A DNA stretch of 64,000 nucleotides. It comes from an uncultured Candidatus Marinamargulisbacteria bacterium. Its GTDB lineage: Bacteria; Margulisbacteria; Marinamargulisbacteria; SXXA01; JAHFDB01. The notes beneath the pieces were generated by a model. The model worked only from the letters and a program-made list of their open reading frames with translations, did not search any database and was not told the origin of the DNA. Below, piece after piece: positions 9,798 through 18,670 of this stretch; within the stretch, counting starts at the first letter, position 1, and each line of letters starts with the position of its first letter. The stretch spans positions 23,369 through 87,368 of the forward strand of contig CAZFCP010000008.1 in NCBI GenBank assembly GCA_964517775.1, read 5' to 3'. Position numbers and translations under genes: made by a program.

Positions 9798-9878
9798 AAG
9801 GTGCCATGAAGGTGCCACCAATGAAGGTGCCAGGGTTCTAACCGAGAAGAGGTGCCAGGGTAAATTAAGGAGGTACCC
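9798..9878. repeat. Degenerate AGGTGCCA(GGGT) direct repeats
   Basis: AAGGTGCCA at about 9798, 9809 and 9824, GAGGTGCCAGGGTAAATT at about 9850, GAGGTACC at about 9870. Confidence 0.7.
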
Positions 9879-9955
9879 ACTCATTTTTATATATCAAAAC
9901 CCGTCCCAATAAGATAAAATAAAAAGACTCTCATTAAAAACGAAAGGTTCATTTT

Positions 9956-10390
9956 ATGGCTAAAACAGGTACATATTTAAACTTCCCAAGAAACACGGAG
10001 ACGGTTTTTAATTTTTACAAATCCGTTTTTGGTGGCGATTTTGTAGGCGGGATTCATCGTTTTTCTGATATCCCCGCAAGCCCCGAGCATCCACCTCTTT
10101 CCGATTCGGACAAAAACCTCATCATGCACGTTTCCCTCGAGCTTCCCGGCGGCCATATGTTAATGGGTACCGATGCTCCAGAGTCCATGGGTTTTAACGT
10201 AACCGTTGGCAACAACGTTCACATCAGCCTTGAACCCGATAGCCGTGAAGATGCCGATAAACTATTTAATGCCTTATCCAAAGGTGGAAAAGTAAGCATG
10301 CCGCTTCAGGATACCTTTTGGGGTGCTTATTACGGATCCTGTACCGATCAGTTCGGCATTCAATGGATGGTCAATTTCCCAACCAAATAA
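9956..10390 (+). CDS. VOC/PhnB-like protein
   Basis: YLNF...FYKSVFGG, IMHVSL, LMGTD, MPLQDTFWGAYYGSCTDQFGIQWM motifs. Confidence 0.9.
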   Translation: MAKTGTYLNFPRNTETVFNFYKSVFGGDFVGGIHRFSDIPASPEHPPLSDSDKNLIMHVSLELPGGHMLMGTDAPESMGFNVTVGNNVHISLEPDSREDADKLFNALSKGGKVSMPLQDTFWGAYYGSCTDQFGIQWMVNFPTK

Positions 10391-10401
10391 AGGAGTACAC
10401 A

Positions 10402-10941
10402 ATGTTTTTGAAAATAAGTGCAGGTATTGGTGTTCTAGTGGCCGCATTTTTGATTTATGTAGCCGTTCAACCAGCCGATTTTAAGATTTCCAGACAAATA
10501 ACCATTCATGCAAAACCGGAAGTCATTTTCCCATATATCAATAATTCCAAAAAAGGCTACGAATGGATGCCCTGGAAAGAGATTGATCCACAGGTTGTCA
10601 TCACCATGACAGGCCCTGAAGAAGGTGTTGGTGCTGGATCCAGCTGGACAAGCAAAGGCAAAATGGGCGAGGGAAAAGCGGTGGTTACCGAAAGCATCCC
10701 AAATAAATCCGTTAAAACCGAATTAACCTACACAAAACCCATGGCCATGACCCAGCAGGCAGAAATGACTCTGGTTGAAGGCCCTGACGGTACCGTGGCA
10801 AACTGGACAGTTACAGGTAAAAATACCTTTATGGGACGTTTGTTTTGCACCTTTATGAATATGGATAAAATGGTGGGCGGCCAATTTGAAAAAGGATTGA
10901 ACACGTTGAAGGGGATTGTTGAAGGTCCCGATAAAAAATAA
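10402..10941 (+). CDS. SRPBCC/polyketide cyclase-family protein with N-terminal membrane anchor
   Basis: AGGAG RBS before ATG 10402 (shorter than the track ORF); GPEEGVGAGSSW, MDKMVGGQFEKGLNTLK. Confidence 0.88.
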   Translation: MFLKISAGIGVLVAAFLIYVAVQPADFKISRQITIHAKPEVIFPYINNSKKGYEWMPWKEIDPQVVITMTGPEEGVGAGSSWTSKGKMGEGKAVVTESIPNKSVKTELTYTKPMAMTQQAEMTLVEGPDGTVANWTVTGKNTFMGRLFCTFMNMDKMVGGQFEKGLNTLKGIVEGPDKK

Positions 10942-11020
10942 CGGTTTCATGCGTGAAATAGGGGGGCGCATGCCCAAACCACACGTTTCAATCGCACGGT
11001 CCAATGTCGCACGGCCCAAG

Positions 11021-11216
11021 GTAGAGACGCATAATTATGCGTCTCTTTTTTTTGCATGGTGACCGATAACGTTAAAATGAATTACCGATGGTTTTGGTGA
11101 GAAAAATGGTTTTTTTGGTTTTGGTTTTTTTGGTTTTGGTTTTGCGGCATGGGTGTGCGATATACATGGGGTTTTATGGGGTGGTGTTGAGGAGACGCAT
11201 AATTATGCGTCTCTAC
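11021..11216. repeat. GTAG-family REP inverted doublet (REPIN-like)
   Basis: GTAGAGACGCATAATTATGCGTCTCT at 11021-11046 and its inverse at 11192-11216; perfect 22-24 nt palindromes with outward 5' GTAG tags. Confidence 0.85.
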
Positions 11217-11307
11217 CAAACGAAAATGAAAATGAATGAAAATGAAAATTAAATGGGGGATATTGGCCTCCATGGGCGTCAACGTGCATTTTTGGTAAAA
11301 TGGGCCC

Positions 11308-13185
11308 ATGTCTGTTTTATTCAGCGTTCAGAATCTTAGTGCCGTTCAGGGATCGAAAACCCTGTTTCAAAACATTGCGTTTGGCATTGAGGACGGCGAA
11401 AAATGTGCGTTAATCGGGGTAAACGGTTGTGGGAAAACCACGCTTTTATCTCTTATTCAGGAGGCTGTTCAAACCCCTCATCCTAACGTGATGGTCAGGC
11501 AGGGGCTTTCTATTGGCTATCTTCCCCAGCTTCCTTTCTTTTCTCCTGACGATACCATTCTCGATCATTTATTCTCGTCTCAAAGTAAAATTGTGCGGTC
11601 CATCAAGCAATATCATGCGGTTTTGGATCAGCTGGAAACCCATCCTTCTCCCGATCTCGAACGTCAGCTTGCCGAGGCGTCCGAAACCCTGGATCATCTC
11701 GATGCCTGGCCTTACGAACAACGTGTGGCCTCTATTTTAAAAGAGTTGCATATTCATGATCTCACCCAAAAAATGGCAGCGCTTTCGGGTGGGATGATTA
11801 AAAAAATAGGGCTGGCTCAGACTTTTTTTGAGGATGTTGATTTATTGATTCTGGACGAACCTACGAACCATCTGGATGTTGAGACCATTCAATGGCTGAC
11901 AGTTGCCTTAAAAAAGAGGCCAAGCGCGGTGTTGATGGTGACCCACGACCGGTATTTTCTGGATAGCATCTGCACCAAAATTTTTGAGATCGACCAGCAG
12001 ACCCTGTTTACGATTCCTGGAAATTATCAGCGGTTTTTAGAGCAGCGGGATTTCCGTTACAGCTCACAAAAACGGGAACAGGATGTGATTCAATCCACCT
12101 TAAGACGGGAAATGGAATGGCTTAAACGAGGCCCAAAAGCCAGATCCACCAAACAAAAAGCCAGAAAAGACCGCATTTATGACATGATGAGCTCCAAAAA
12201 ATTCAGCCCCGAGGCGGTTTTAGAGCTTGGTGTTCAGCATCAACGTCTGGGTAAAAAAATTATTGATGTTAAAAAGATTAAGAAATCCTTCAACGGGCAG
12301 CTTGTAATTACCGATTTTACCTACGCGTTTACAGCCGGTGAAAAAATCGGGGTTATTGGGCCGAACGGTGTTGGAAAAACCACGTTTTTAAATGTGATGA
12401 CAGAGCAGCTTGAACCCGATTCCGGCACCATTGAAGTGGGCCAAAACACCCGCTTCGCCTATTTTGACCAACATAGCCGGGTTTTAGACGACGATAAAAC
12501 CATTTACGAGCATATATCCTCTATCGGTGACACAATCGAATTGTATGACGGTTCCAGATTGTCGGCCTCCAAATTGCTGGAGCGGTTTTTATTTCCCAGC
12601 CAGATGCTGTCTACCCTGATCGGAAAACTGTCTGGTGGAGAAAAACGCCGCCTTCATCTGGTGTCTTTGTTGTTATCCAACCCCAATTTTCTGGTATTTG
12701 ATGAACCTACAAACGATCTGGATATTATCACGTTGTCTGTGCTTGAGGATTTTTTACACGCTTTTAGGGGCTGTATTCTCATTATTTCCCACGATCGTTA
12801 TTTTATGGATCGAGTGATAGACAAACTCTTTATTTTCGAAGGACAGGGCAAAATTAGGCCTTTTGTGGGTAGTTATACGGATTATCTGGACACCCTTGCT
12901 GACATAGAAGAGGCCCAGAAAGCGGCTGTCGTATCGAAGCCTCAGGAAAAGCCGTCTGCATCCACTGAAAAGAAACGCCTGACCTATGGCGAAACCCAGG
13001 AATTTAAAAAACTGGAACAGGATATTCATAACCTTGAAGATGAAAAAGTTCGATTAACCAATCTTTTTTCATCACCTGATGTCCCAGCTTCCGATTATGA
13101 AACCTCCGGGAAACGGCTGGTGGAAATCGAGCAGCTTCTGGATGAAAAACTGAAACGGTGGGAGTATCTGGCCGACTATGCGTAG
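11308..13185 (+). CDS. uup: ABC-F family ATP-binding protein (Uup-like)
   Basis: Two ABC domains (GVNGCGKT, LSGG, LDEPTNHLD; GPNGVGKT, LSGGEKRR, DEPTNDLD) and a C-terminal coiled coil. Confidence 0.92.
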   Translation: MSVLFSVQNLSAVQGSKTLFQNIAFGIEDGEKCALIGVNGCGKTTLLSLIQEAVQTPHPNVMVRQGLSIGYLPQLPFFSPDDTILDHLFSSQSKIVRSIKQYHAVLDQLETHPSPDLERQLAEASETLDHLDAWPYEQRVASILKELHIHDLTQKMAALSGGMIKKIGLAQTFFEDVDLLILDEPTNHLDVETIQWLTVALKKRPSAVLMVTHDRYFLDSICTKIFEIDQQTLFTIPGNYQRFLEQRDFRYSSQKREQDVIQSTLRREMEWLKRGPKARSTKQKARKDRIYDMMSSKKFSPEAVLELGVQHQRLGKKIIDVKKIKKSFNGQLVITDFTYAFTAGEKIGVIGPNGVGKTTFLNVMTEQLEPDSGTIEVGQNTRFAYFDQHSRVLDDDKTIYEHISSIGDTIELYDGSRLSASKLLERFLFPSQMLSTLIGKLSGGEKRRLHLVSLLLSNPNFLVFDEPTNDLDIITLSVLEDFLHAFRGCILIISHDRYFMDRVIDKLFIFEGQGKIRPFVGSYTDYLDTLADIEEAQKAAVVSKPQEKPSASTEKKRLTYGETQEFKKLEQDIHNLEDEKVRLTNLFSSPDVPASDYETSGKRLVEIEQLLDEKLKRWEYLADYA

Positions 13186-14056
13186 GATTCCGGCACCCGC
13201 ACTTGGGCTTTTACTGGGGGCTTTGGGAATCTTGTGTTTTAGTTTGACTGTGCCCTTAACGAAGGTTGCGCTTGAGGGGTTTTCGCCGTTATTTATTGCT
13301 ATCGGACGAGTCAGTATTGCGGGAACGTTGGCGGCATTGCTGGCTGTTTTATCCGGTAAAAGCTGGCCGGAAAGACGCCACTGGCCATCCATTTTTATTA
13401 TTTCGGCGGGCATTTCCATAGGGTTTCCGGTGTGCCTCAGTATGGCTTTAAGTCAAACCGGTGCTTCTCATGCCGGGCTGGTGATGACGATTATTCCCTT
13501 GTTTACGGCTATTGTTGGCTCGTTTATTACAAAGACAAAACAAAGCATGTTGTACTGGACACTGACCTTTCTGGGCTGTCTGGTGATGCTGGCCTATGTG
13601 ATGTGGAACAGCGGCCTTACGCTTGTACCTGCGGATGGCTGGTTGCTTGTGGCTTCCATTGCAGCCTCCATTTCCTACAGTGTAGGTGCGCGACTTACAA
13701 AGGAAATTGGCGGTTTGAACACCATTTCCTGGGCCTTGATTTTTATTCTGCCGCTCACAATCCCCTGTTTTTTAGGGTTGTTGTATGTTTATCATCCCAT
13801 TCATCATCCGTCGTTTGCTGCCATAGGCTCTTTTTTATACCTAGCGCTGATCAGTCAGTTTTTGGGATTTGTGCCCTGGTACTCGGGTCTTCATCTGGGA
13901 GGGATTGCTAAAGTATCCCAAATCCAGCTTCTTCAAACTTTTTTTACCCTTATTTTCTCTTATTTTTTGTTGGGAGACCGCATCAGCTGGCATGGATGGG
14001 TTGTAGCTGTCATTATTGTTTTGATTATCGTCATGATTAAAAAAATAAAGGATTAG
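13178..14056 (+). CDS. DMT/EamA-family transporter
   Basis: About 10 TM segments in two EamA repeats; GGIAKVSQIQLLQTF. Confidence 0.9.
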   Translation: MRRIPAPALGLLLGALGILCFSLTVPLTKVALEGFSPLFIAIGRVSIAGTLAALLAVLSGKSWPERRHWPSIFIISAGISIGFPVCLSMALSQTGASHAGLVMTIIPLFTAIVGSFITKTKQSMLYWTLTFLGCLVMLAYVMWNSGLTLVPADGWLLVASIAASISYSVGARLTKEIGGLNTISWALIFILPLTIPCFLGLLYVYHPIHHPSFAAIGSFLYLALISQFLGFVPWYSGLHLGGIAKVSQIQLLQTFFTLIFSYFLLGDRISWHGWVVAVIIVLIIVMIKKIKD

Positions 14057-14064
14057 ATTTTCTA

Positions 14065-14646
14065 ATGAAACAATGGCTGGCAGGTATGTTATGTGTGATG
14101 ATGATGGCGCCCGTTTATGCTGAAACGGTTCCGACAAAGTCTGCCCAGCAGCGTCTTGAAAGCCTGGCTTTGAGCGATAAAACAAACCGTGAAGCCTCCA
14201 GCTTATTTTCCTATGTGTTAAGCGGAGCCTGCCTGGTTCCTGTGTTTTTTGAGCCTGACATGAAGACAAAATCCTATTTGGTAGCTGCCAGTCTTGGATT
14301 TTTTGGATTGGGTGAGGTTGGCAAAAACCATTGGAAACTTCCCAGTGAAATCGAAAAAGAACTTGTGGACGCATCAATACCTTCTCATAAACAAAAAATG
14401 GCCGAAATGGCCCTAAAACGACTGTCTGACGGGGCATTTCAGGACAGGATGGTAGCGTTTGGTTCCAATTTGATTACGGGGTTGATTGTGTATACGTTGC
14501 TTCAAAATCAATCTCCAAACACGGATTATAGGCCTACACTGATTGTTCAGGGGGTGTTTGCGCTTGGCAATCTGTTTGTGGAAACGCCGTATGAAAAAGA
14601 ATACAAGAGTTTTTTAGAGGATGAGAAAAACAGCCGTTTGAAATAG
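14065..14646 (+). CDS. Hypothetical membrane/exported protein
   Basis: Signal-peptide-like N-terminus, several hydrophobic segments, operonic spacing. Confidence 0.65.
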   Translation: MKQWLAGMLCVMMMAPVYAETVPTKSAQQRLESLALSDKTNREASSLFSYVLSGACLVPVFFEPDMKTKSYLVAASLGFFGLGEVGKNHWKLPSEIEKELVDASIPSHKQKMAEMALKRLSDGAFQDRMVAFGSNLITGLIVYTLLQNQSPNTDYRPTLIVQGVFALGNLFVETPYEKEYKSFLEDEKNSRLK

Positions 14647-14651
14647 ACGAT

Positions 14652-15560
14652 CTACTTTTCTTTGGCGAAATCAATAAAGCCTTTTAAATACGAAATGTCC
14701 TGATCTGCGGAGCGAATTCCTACGTAAATATGTTTATGAATCCCTGTTTGTCCCAGTGGAATAGCGGTTAGCGGATGCTGTTTTTGGTAATACTCGATAA
14801 GCCAGTCGGGCAGGGCGGTGAGGCCTCTGTTAGCGGATACAAGTTGCATCATTAAATCCGTGGACTGCATGGTTTTATGGGTGGCCGGTCTGTAGTTGGC
14901 CGGGATCAGAAACTGGGTGAAAATATCCAGTCTTTCCATGGGAACGGGGTAGGTAAACAGAGTTTCTCCTGAAAAATCGTCTGGATTTAAAAACGGATGA
15001 CGGCTTAAGGGATTTAAAGGGCTTAAAACCGCTTTGAATTCGTAATCAAAAACCGGATAAAACTCCAGCCCGTTTTTGTACACTGGATCCGGGGTAATCA
15101 CCACATCAATTTCATGATCGATTAACGCCGAAAACGCATTAAACCGAAACTGTTCCTCAACATCCAGATCCACGCCCGGAAAGGCCTGAATAAACTTTTT
15201 CACCACACCATTCAGCCAGTGCCTGCAGGGATGACATTCCATCCCGATTCTCAAGCCTCCCTGTTTGCCCTGAGAAAATTGCTTCAAGGCCTGTACCGCA
15301 TGTTCAAATTGAGGCAAAACCCGTTCGGCAAGTTCTACAAGATAGCGTCCACTTTGGGTAAAACGCAGGGTTCGCCCCTGTTTTTCCATCAGTTTTGTCT
15401 GCAGGTTTGTTTCCAGTTTTTTAAGAATATGACTGACAGCCGACTGGGTAAGATGCAGATGTTTTGAGGCTGCCGTTACCGTACCCAGACAGTGAATACT
15501 GTGAAGGACGTCCAGATGAATGCGGTCTATAACAGGATTTAATATATGATTTTTTTTCAT
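14652..15560 (-). CDS. metR: LysR-family regulator MetR
   Basis: HTH (LHLTQSAVSH), LRIGMECHPC MetR signature, divergent from metE; start chosen at ATG 15560 (alternative 15581). Confidence 0.92.
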   Translation of the reverse strand: MKKNHILNPVIDRIHLDVLHSIHCLGTVTAASKHLHLTQSAVSHILKKLETNLQTKLMEKQGRTLRFTQSGRYLVELAERVLPQFEHAVQALKQFSQGKQGGLRIGMECHPCRHWLNGVVKKFIQAFPGVDLDVEEQFRFNAFSALIDHEIDVVITPDPVYKNGLEFYPVFDYEFKAVLSPLNPLSRHPFLNPDDFSGETLFTYPVPMERLDIFTQFLIPANYRPATHKTMQSTDLMMQLVSANRGLTALPDWLIEYYQKQHPLTAIPLGQTGIHKHIYVGIRSADQDISYLKGFIDFAKEK

Positions 15561-15651
15561 GGATTTCTCAGAATAAATCATTATTATTCATTTATTATGT
15601 TCTGTAAACTACCGGTATTTGCATCAATTTTTAGAGAAAAGGATGAGAATT

Positions 15652-17949
15652 ATGGTTACGGTACATAACCTGGGTTTTCCCAGAATTGGTAAACAAAGAG
15701 AGTTAAAAACGTTATTGGAAACGTATTGGAAAGGCGGTAAATCTCAGGACGAGCTGCTACAGGCTGCGTTGAAGATTTATTCAAAAAATCTAAGTGATCA
15801 GGGCCACCTGGATTGGGTTCAGGCTGGAGATTTTTCTCTTTACGATCATATGCTGGATACCAGTTTGTTAGTCGGAAATTTGCCTGATCGGGCTGCGGAT
15901 GAGAAAAGTCATTGGGTGGATCAGTATTTTCGTGCGGCAAGAGGGCGTTCTGTTGAACACGACTGTTGCTCTGTTCGTGCCGGAGAAATGACAAAATGGC
16001 TGGATACGAATTATCACTATATCGTGCCGGAGTTTTCTGCTCAGACACAGTTCAGCCTAAATCCCGAGTGGCTGTTAACGCAGATAGAGGAAGCGAAAAA
16101 GCTGGGAAAACCCATCAAGCCTGTTGTGGTTGGGCCTTTGACATATCTGTACCTGGGAAAAGTTCTGGATGAATCGTCCGTACTGGATTTGCTGGATCCG
16201 TTGTTAGCTCAATATCAGGCCTTATTCCTAAGGCTAAAACAGGAAGGAATCACCTGGGTACAGGTAGACGAACCCATTCTCGTTACCGAATTATCCGAAA
16301 CCTGGAAAAACGCTTTCCAAAAAGCCTATTCCCAATTAAACACAGGTTCCCTAAATATTCTTCTCGCAACCTATTTTGACCGTTTGGATTCCAACGCCGA
16401 CTGGATATGCCACTTACCGGTAGCCGGCCTCCATATCGATGCCGTAAACGCAAAATCTGATCTTCCTGCTGTGCTGACTTTATGGCCAAAAGAAAAGGTT
16501 TTATCGCTTGGGGTTGTAGATGGTCGTAATATCTGGAAAACCGATTTAACCGCTGTTTTAGAGTGGTTAGAGCCTGTTTATGAACAGCGTCCTGATACGT
16601 TGTGGCTGGCCCCGTCCTGCTCTCTGCTTCATGTGCCTGTGGATTTGCTTCAGGAACAGGACTTGGATGATGATGTGTACTCCTGGTTTGCCTTTGCTGT
16701 TCAAAAACTGGATGAAATTCGATTGCTGGCTCTGGTTTTTAATCAGGGTAAAGCGTTTGTGTCGGCTGCTTTAAAAGCTAACGCAGATAGCATACAAAAC
16801 CGAAAAATATCGTCCCGGATTCATAATCCAGCCGTAAAATCAGCGGTTGCATCGGCCAGTTACCGTCATTTGGGAACCCGGCAGTCGGCGTTTAACATCA
16901 GAAAAGATAGTCAGCAAAAAACGTTGAATTTGCCTCTTTTTCCTACCACGACAATTGGGTCTTTTCCTCAAACGGCAACTATTAGAAAAAAGCGATTAGC
17001 CTATAAAAAAGGTGAGATCACCACCGACCGTTATGTGGCCGATATTCAGTATGAAATTGCAAGTTGCATTCGTGAGCAAGAGGCTTTAGGTCTGGATGTT
17101 CTGGTTCACGGTGAGGCTGAACGTAACGACATGGTGGAATATTTTGGCGAACAGCTGGACGGATTCTGCTTTACCCGATACGGCTGGGTTCAATCTTACG
17201 GATCACGTTGTGTGAAGCCGCCGATTATTGTGGGAGATGTGTCCCGTCCGACTCCTATGACTGTACAGTGGAGTGTCTTTGCTCAATCGTTGAGTACAAA
17301 ACCGGTGAAAGGCATGTTAACCGGTCCTGTAACAATTTTGAACTGGTCGTTTGTCCGTGATGATCAGGAGCGTTCCGAGACGTGTCTGCAGCTGGCCTTG
17401 GCTTTACGGGAAGAGGTTTTGGATCTGGAGAAGGCTGGTATTACGATTATACAAATTGACGAAGCGGCTTTACGTGAACGGCTTCCGTTGCGTCGGGCAG
17501 ACTGGAAAACGTATCTGAACTGGGCGGTGGAGTCGTTTCGGATTACGGCAAACGGCGTTAAAGATACAACCCAGATTCATACGCATATGTGTTATTCCGA
17601 GTTTAACGACATCATCGAAGATATTGCAAAAATGGATGCAGATGTTATTACCATCGAAACCTCACGCTCCAACATGGAGTTGCTGGATGCTTTTGAAACG
17701 TTTAATTATCCCAACGACATTGGGCCTGGCGTCTATGACATCCATTCCCCAAATGTCCCAACCGTAGAATCCATGCTGGCCCTGATGGTAAAAGCGACAG
17801 AGTTTGTTCCTGCCGGTCAGCTGTGGGTAAATCCGGATTGCGGACTTAAAACCAGAAACTGGCCCGAGGTCAAAGAAGCTTTATCCAATATGGTGACGGT
17901 TGCGGCAGAGCTGAGATCTTATAAATCCAAATCCATTGAAACTCCATAA
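15652..17949 (+). CDS. metE: Cobalamin-independent methionine synthase
   Basis: [51 protein letters not shown]; start chosen at ATG 15652 behind AAGGA. Confidence 0.97.
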   Translation: MVTVHNLGFPRIGKQRELKTLLETYWKGGKSQDELLQAALKIYSKNLSDQGHLDWVQAGDFSLYDHMLDTSLLVGNLPDRAADEKSHWVDQYFRAARGRSVEHDCCSVRAGEMTKWLDTNYHYIVPEFSAQTQFSLNPEWLLTQIEEAKKLGKPIKPVVVGPLTYLYLGKVLDESSVLDLLDPLLAQYQALFLRLKQEGITWVQVDEPILVTELSETWKNAFQKAYSQLNTGSLNILLATYFDRLDSNADWICHLPVAGLHIDAVNAKSDLPAVLTLWPKEKVLSLGVVDGRNIWKTDLTAVLEWLEPVYEQRPDTLWLAPSCSLLHVPVDLLQEQDLDDDVYSWFAFAVQKLDEIRLLALVFNQGKAFVSAALKANADSIQNRKISSRIHNPAVKSAVASASYRHLGTRQSAFNIRKDSQQKTLNLPLFPTTTIGSFPQTATIRKKRLAYKKGEITTDRYVADIQYEIASCIREQEALGLDVLVHGEAERNDMVEYFGEQLDGFCFTRYGWVQSYGSRCVKPPIIVGDVSRPTPMTVQWSVFAQSLSTKPVKGMLTGPVTILNWSFVRDDQERSETCLQLALALREEVLDLEKAGITIIQIDEAALRERLPLRRADWKTYLNWAVESFRITANGVKDTTQIHTHMCYSEFNDIIEDIAKMDADVITIETSRSNMELLDAFETFNYPNDIGPGVYDIHSPNVPTVESMLALMVKATEFVPAGQLWVNPDCGLKTRNWPEVKEALSNMVTVAAELRSYKSKSIETP

Positions 17950-18473
17950 GCGCCATCTGTAGAAGAAAAGTTCATTTTTGATCCTTTTGAGATCACGGAA
18001 ATGCCGGATGAGAATACTTGTCTGGCATTTGCCATTCTTACTTCTTTCCAGCCGCTATATAAGCTGATTCCGGTAACAGGACAGTATTCAATCCCCACAG
18101 ATTTTAACCCGTCACTGCCTTTAACCTGACCGATAAGTGACACCGTTTTGGACAACAGGCATTTTCCCGACAAAATAAGATCCGTAGGAACAGCCAGTGT
18201 AGACGATGTTTTAGACGGTGATTTATCCGATAAAGACGGCTGTCCATCGAAAGACACCGAAGAGGTTTCTGTTTGTAAGGCCACGTCCATATCGACATTG
18301 CCGTTTGAGCCAAAATCTAAAAAACAATCCTGAGACAATGTTGTTTCAAGTGTTCTTGAACTTGAAAACACAGGTGAGATCGTATTTTGAGGACAGTCGT
18401 TTGAAAGAGCGAACGACGGGCAACTTAAACATCCAACCGTAAAAAGTGCTGCAATTACTTTACTGTAAGCCAT
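17919..18473 (-). CDS. Hypothetical exported Ser/Thr-rich protein
   Basis: Signal-peptide-like N-terminus, alternating beta-strand pattern at the C-terminus; overlaps the metE 3' end by 31 bp. Confidence 0.55.
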   Translation of the reverse strand: MAYSKVIAALFTVGCLSCPSFALSNDCPQNTISPVFSSSRTLETTLSQDCFLDFGSNGNVDMDVALQTETSSVSFDGQPSLSDKSPSKTSSTLAVPTDLILSGKCLLSKTVSLIGQVKGSDGLKSVGIEYCPVTGISLYSGWKEVRMANARQVFSSGISVISKGSKMNFSSTDGAYGVSMDLDL

Positions 18474-18670
18474 AACGTGATCCCCCGATTCAGTTAATGG
18501 GTATTCTGTTTTGAAAGTTTAAGCTGTTCTTTTTTGACCGTGATGATTAAACTTTAAAAACAAAATATGTACTGTGGTTATTCCCTTTGAGAGTGAATTT
18601 AAACATCATGACCTTATCCAAGATTTTGGCCGTTGCCGTTAATTCAGATTTCTCCAGTGTTGCTTAATCC

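Noticed and set aside
9516-9880. Possible CRISPR array
   Set aside because: The repeats are contiguous 8-mers or inverted arms without unique equal-length spacers; no cas genes.
11082-11309. 75-aa minus-strand ORF containing VETHNYAS, reminiscent of REP-encoded inserts in RAYT proteins
   Set aside because: No HUH or catalytic Tyr motif can be read; the peptide is just translated REP plus low-complexity DNA.
13841-14437. 198-aa minus-strand ORF and the many other 60-140 aa antisense or alternate-frame ORFs in the track
   Set aside because: They are fully overlapped by well-supported genes and show no recognisable motifs.
15561-15651. MetR box or SAM riboswitch between metR and metE
   Set aside because: Only a partial TGAA-like match in AT-rich DNA; too short and unstructured for a riboswitch.
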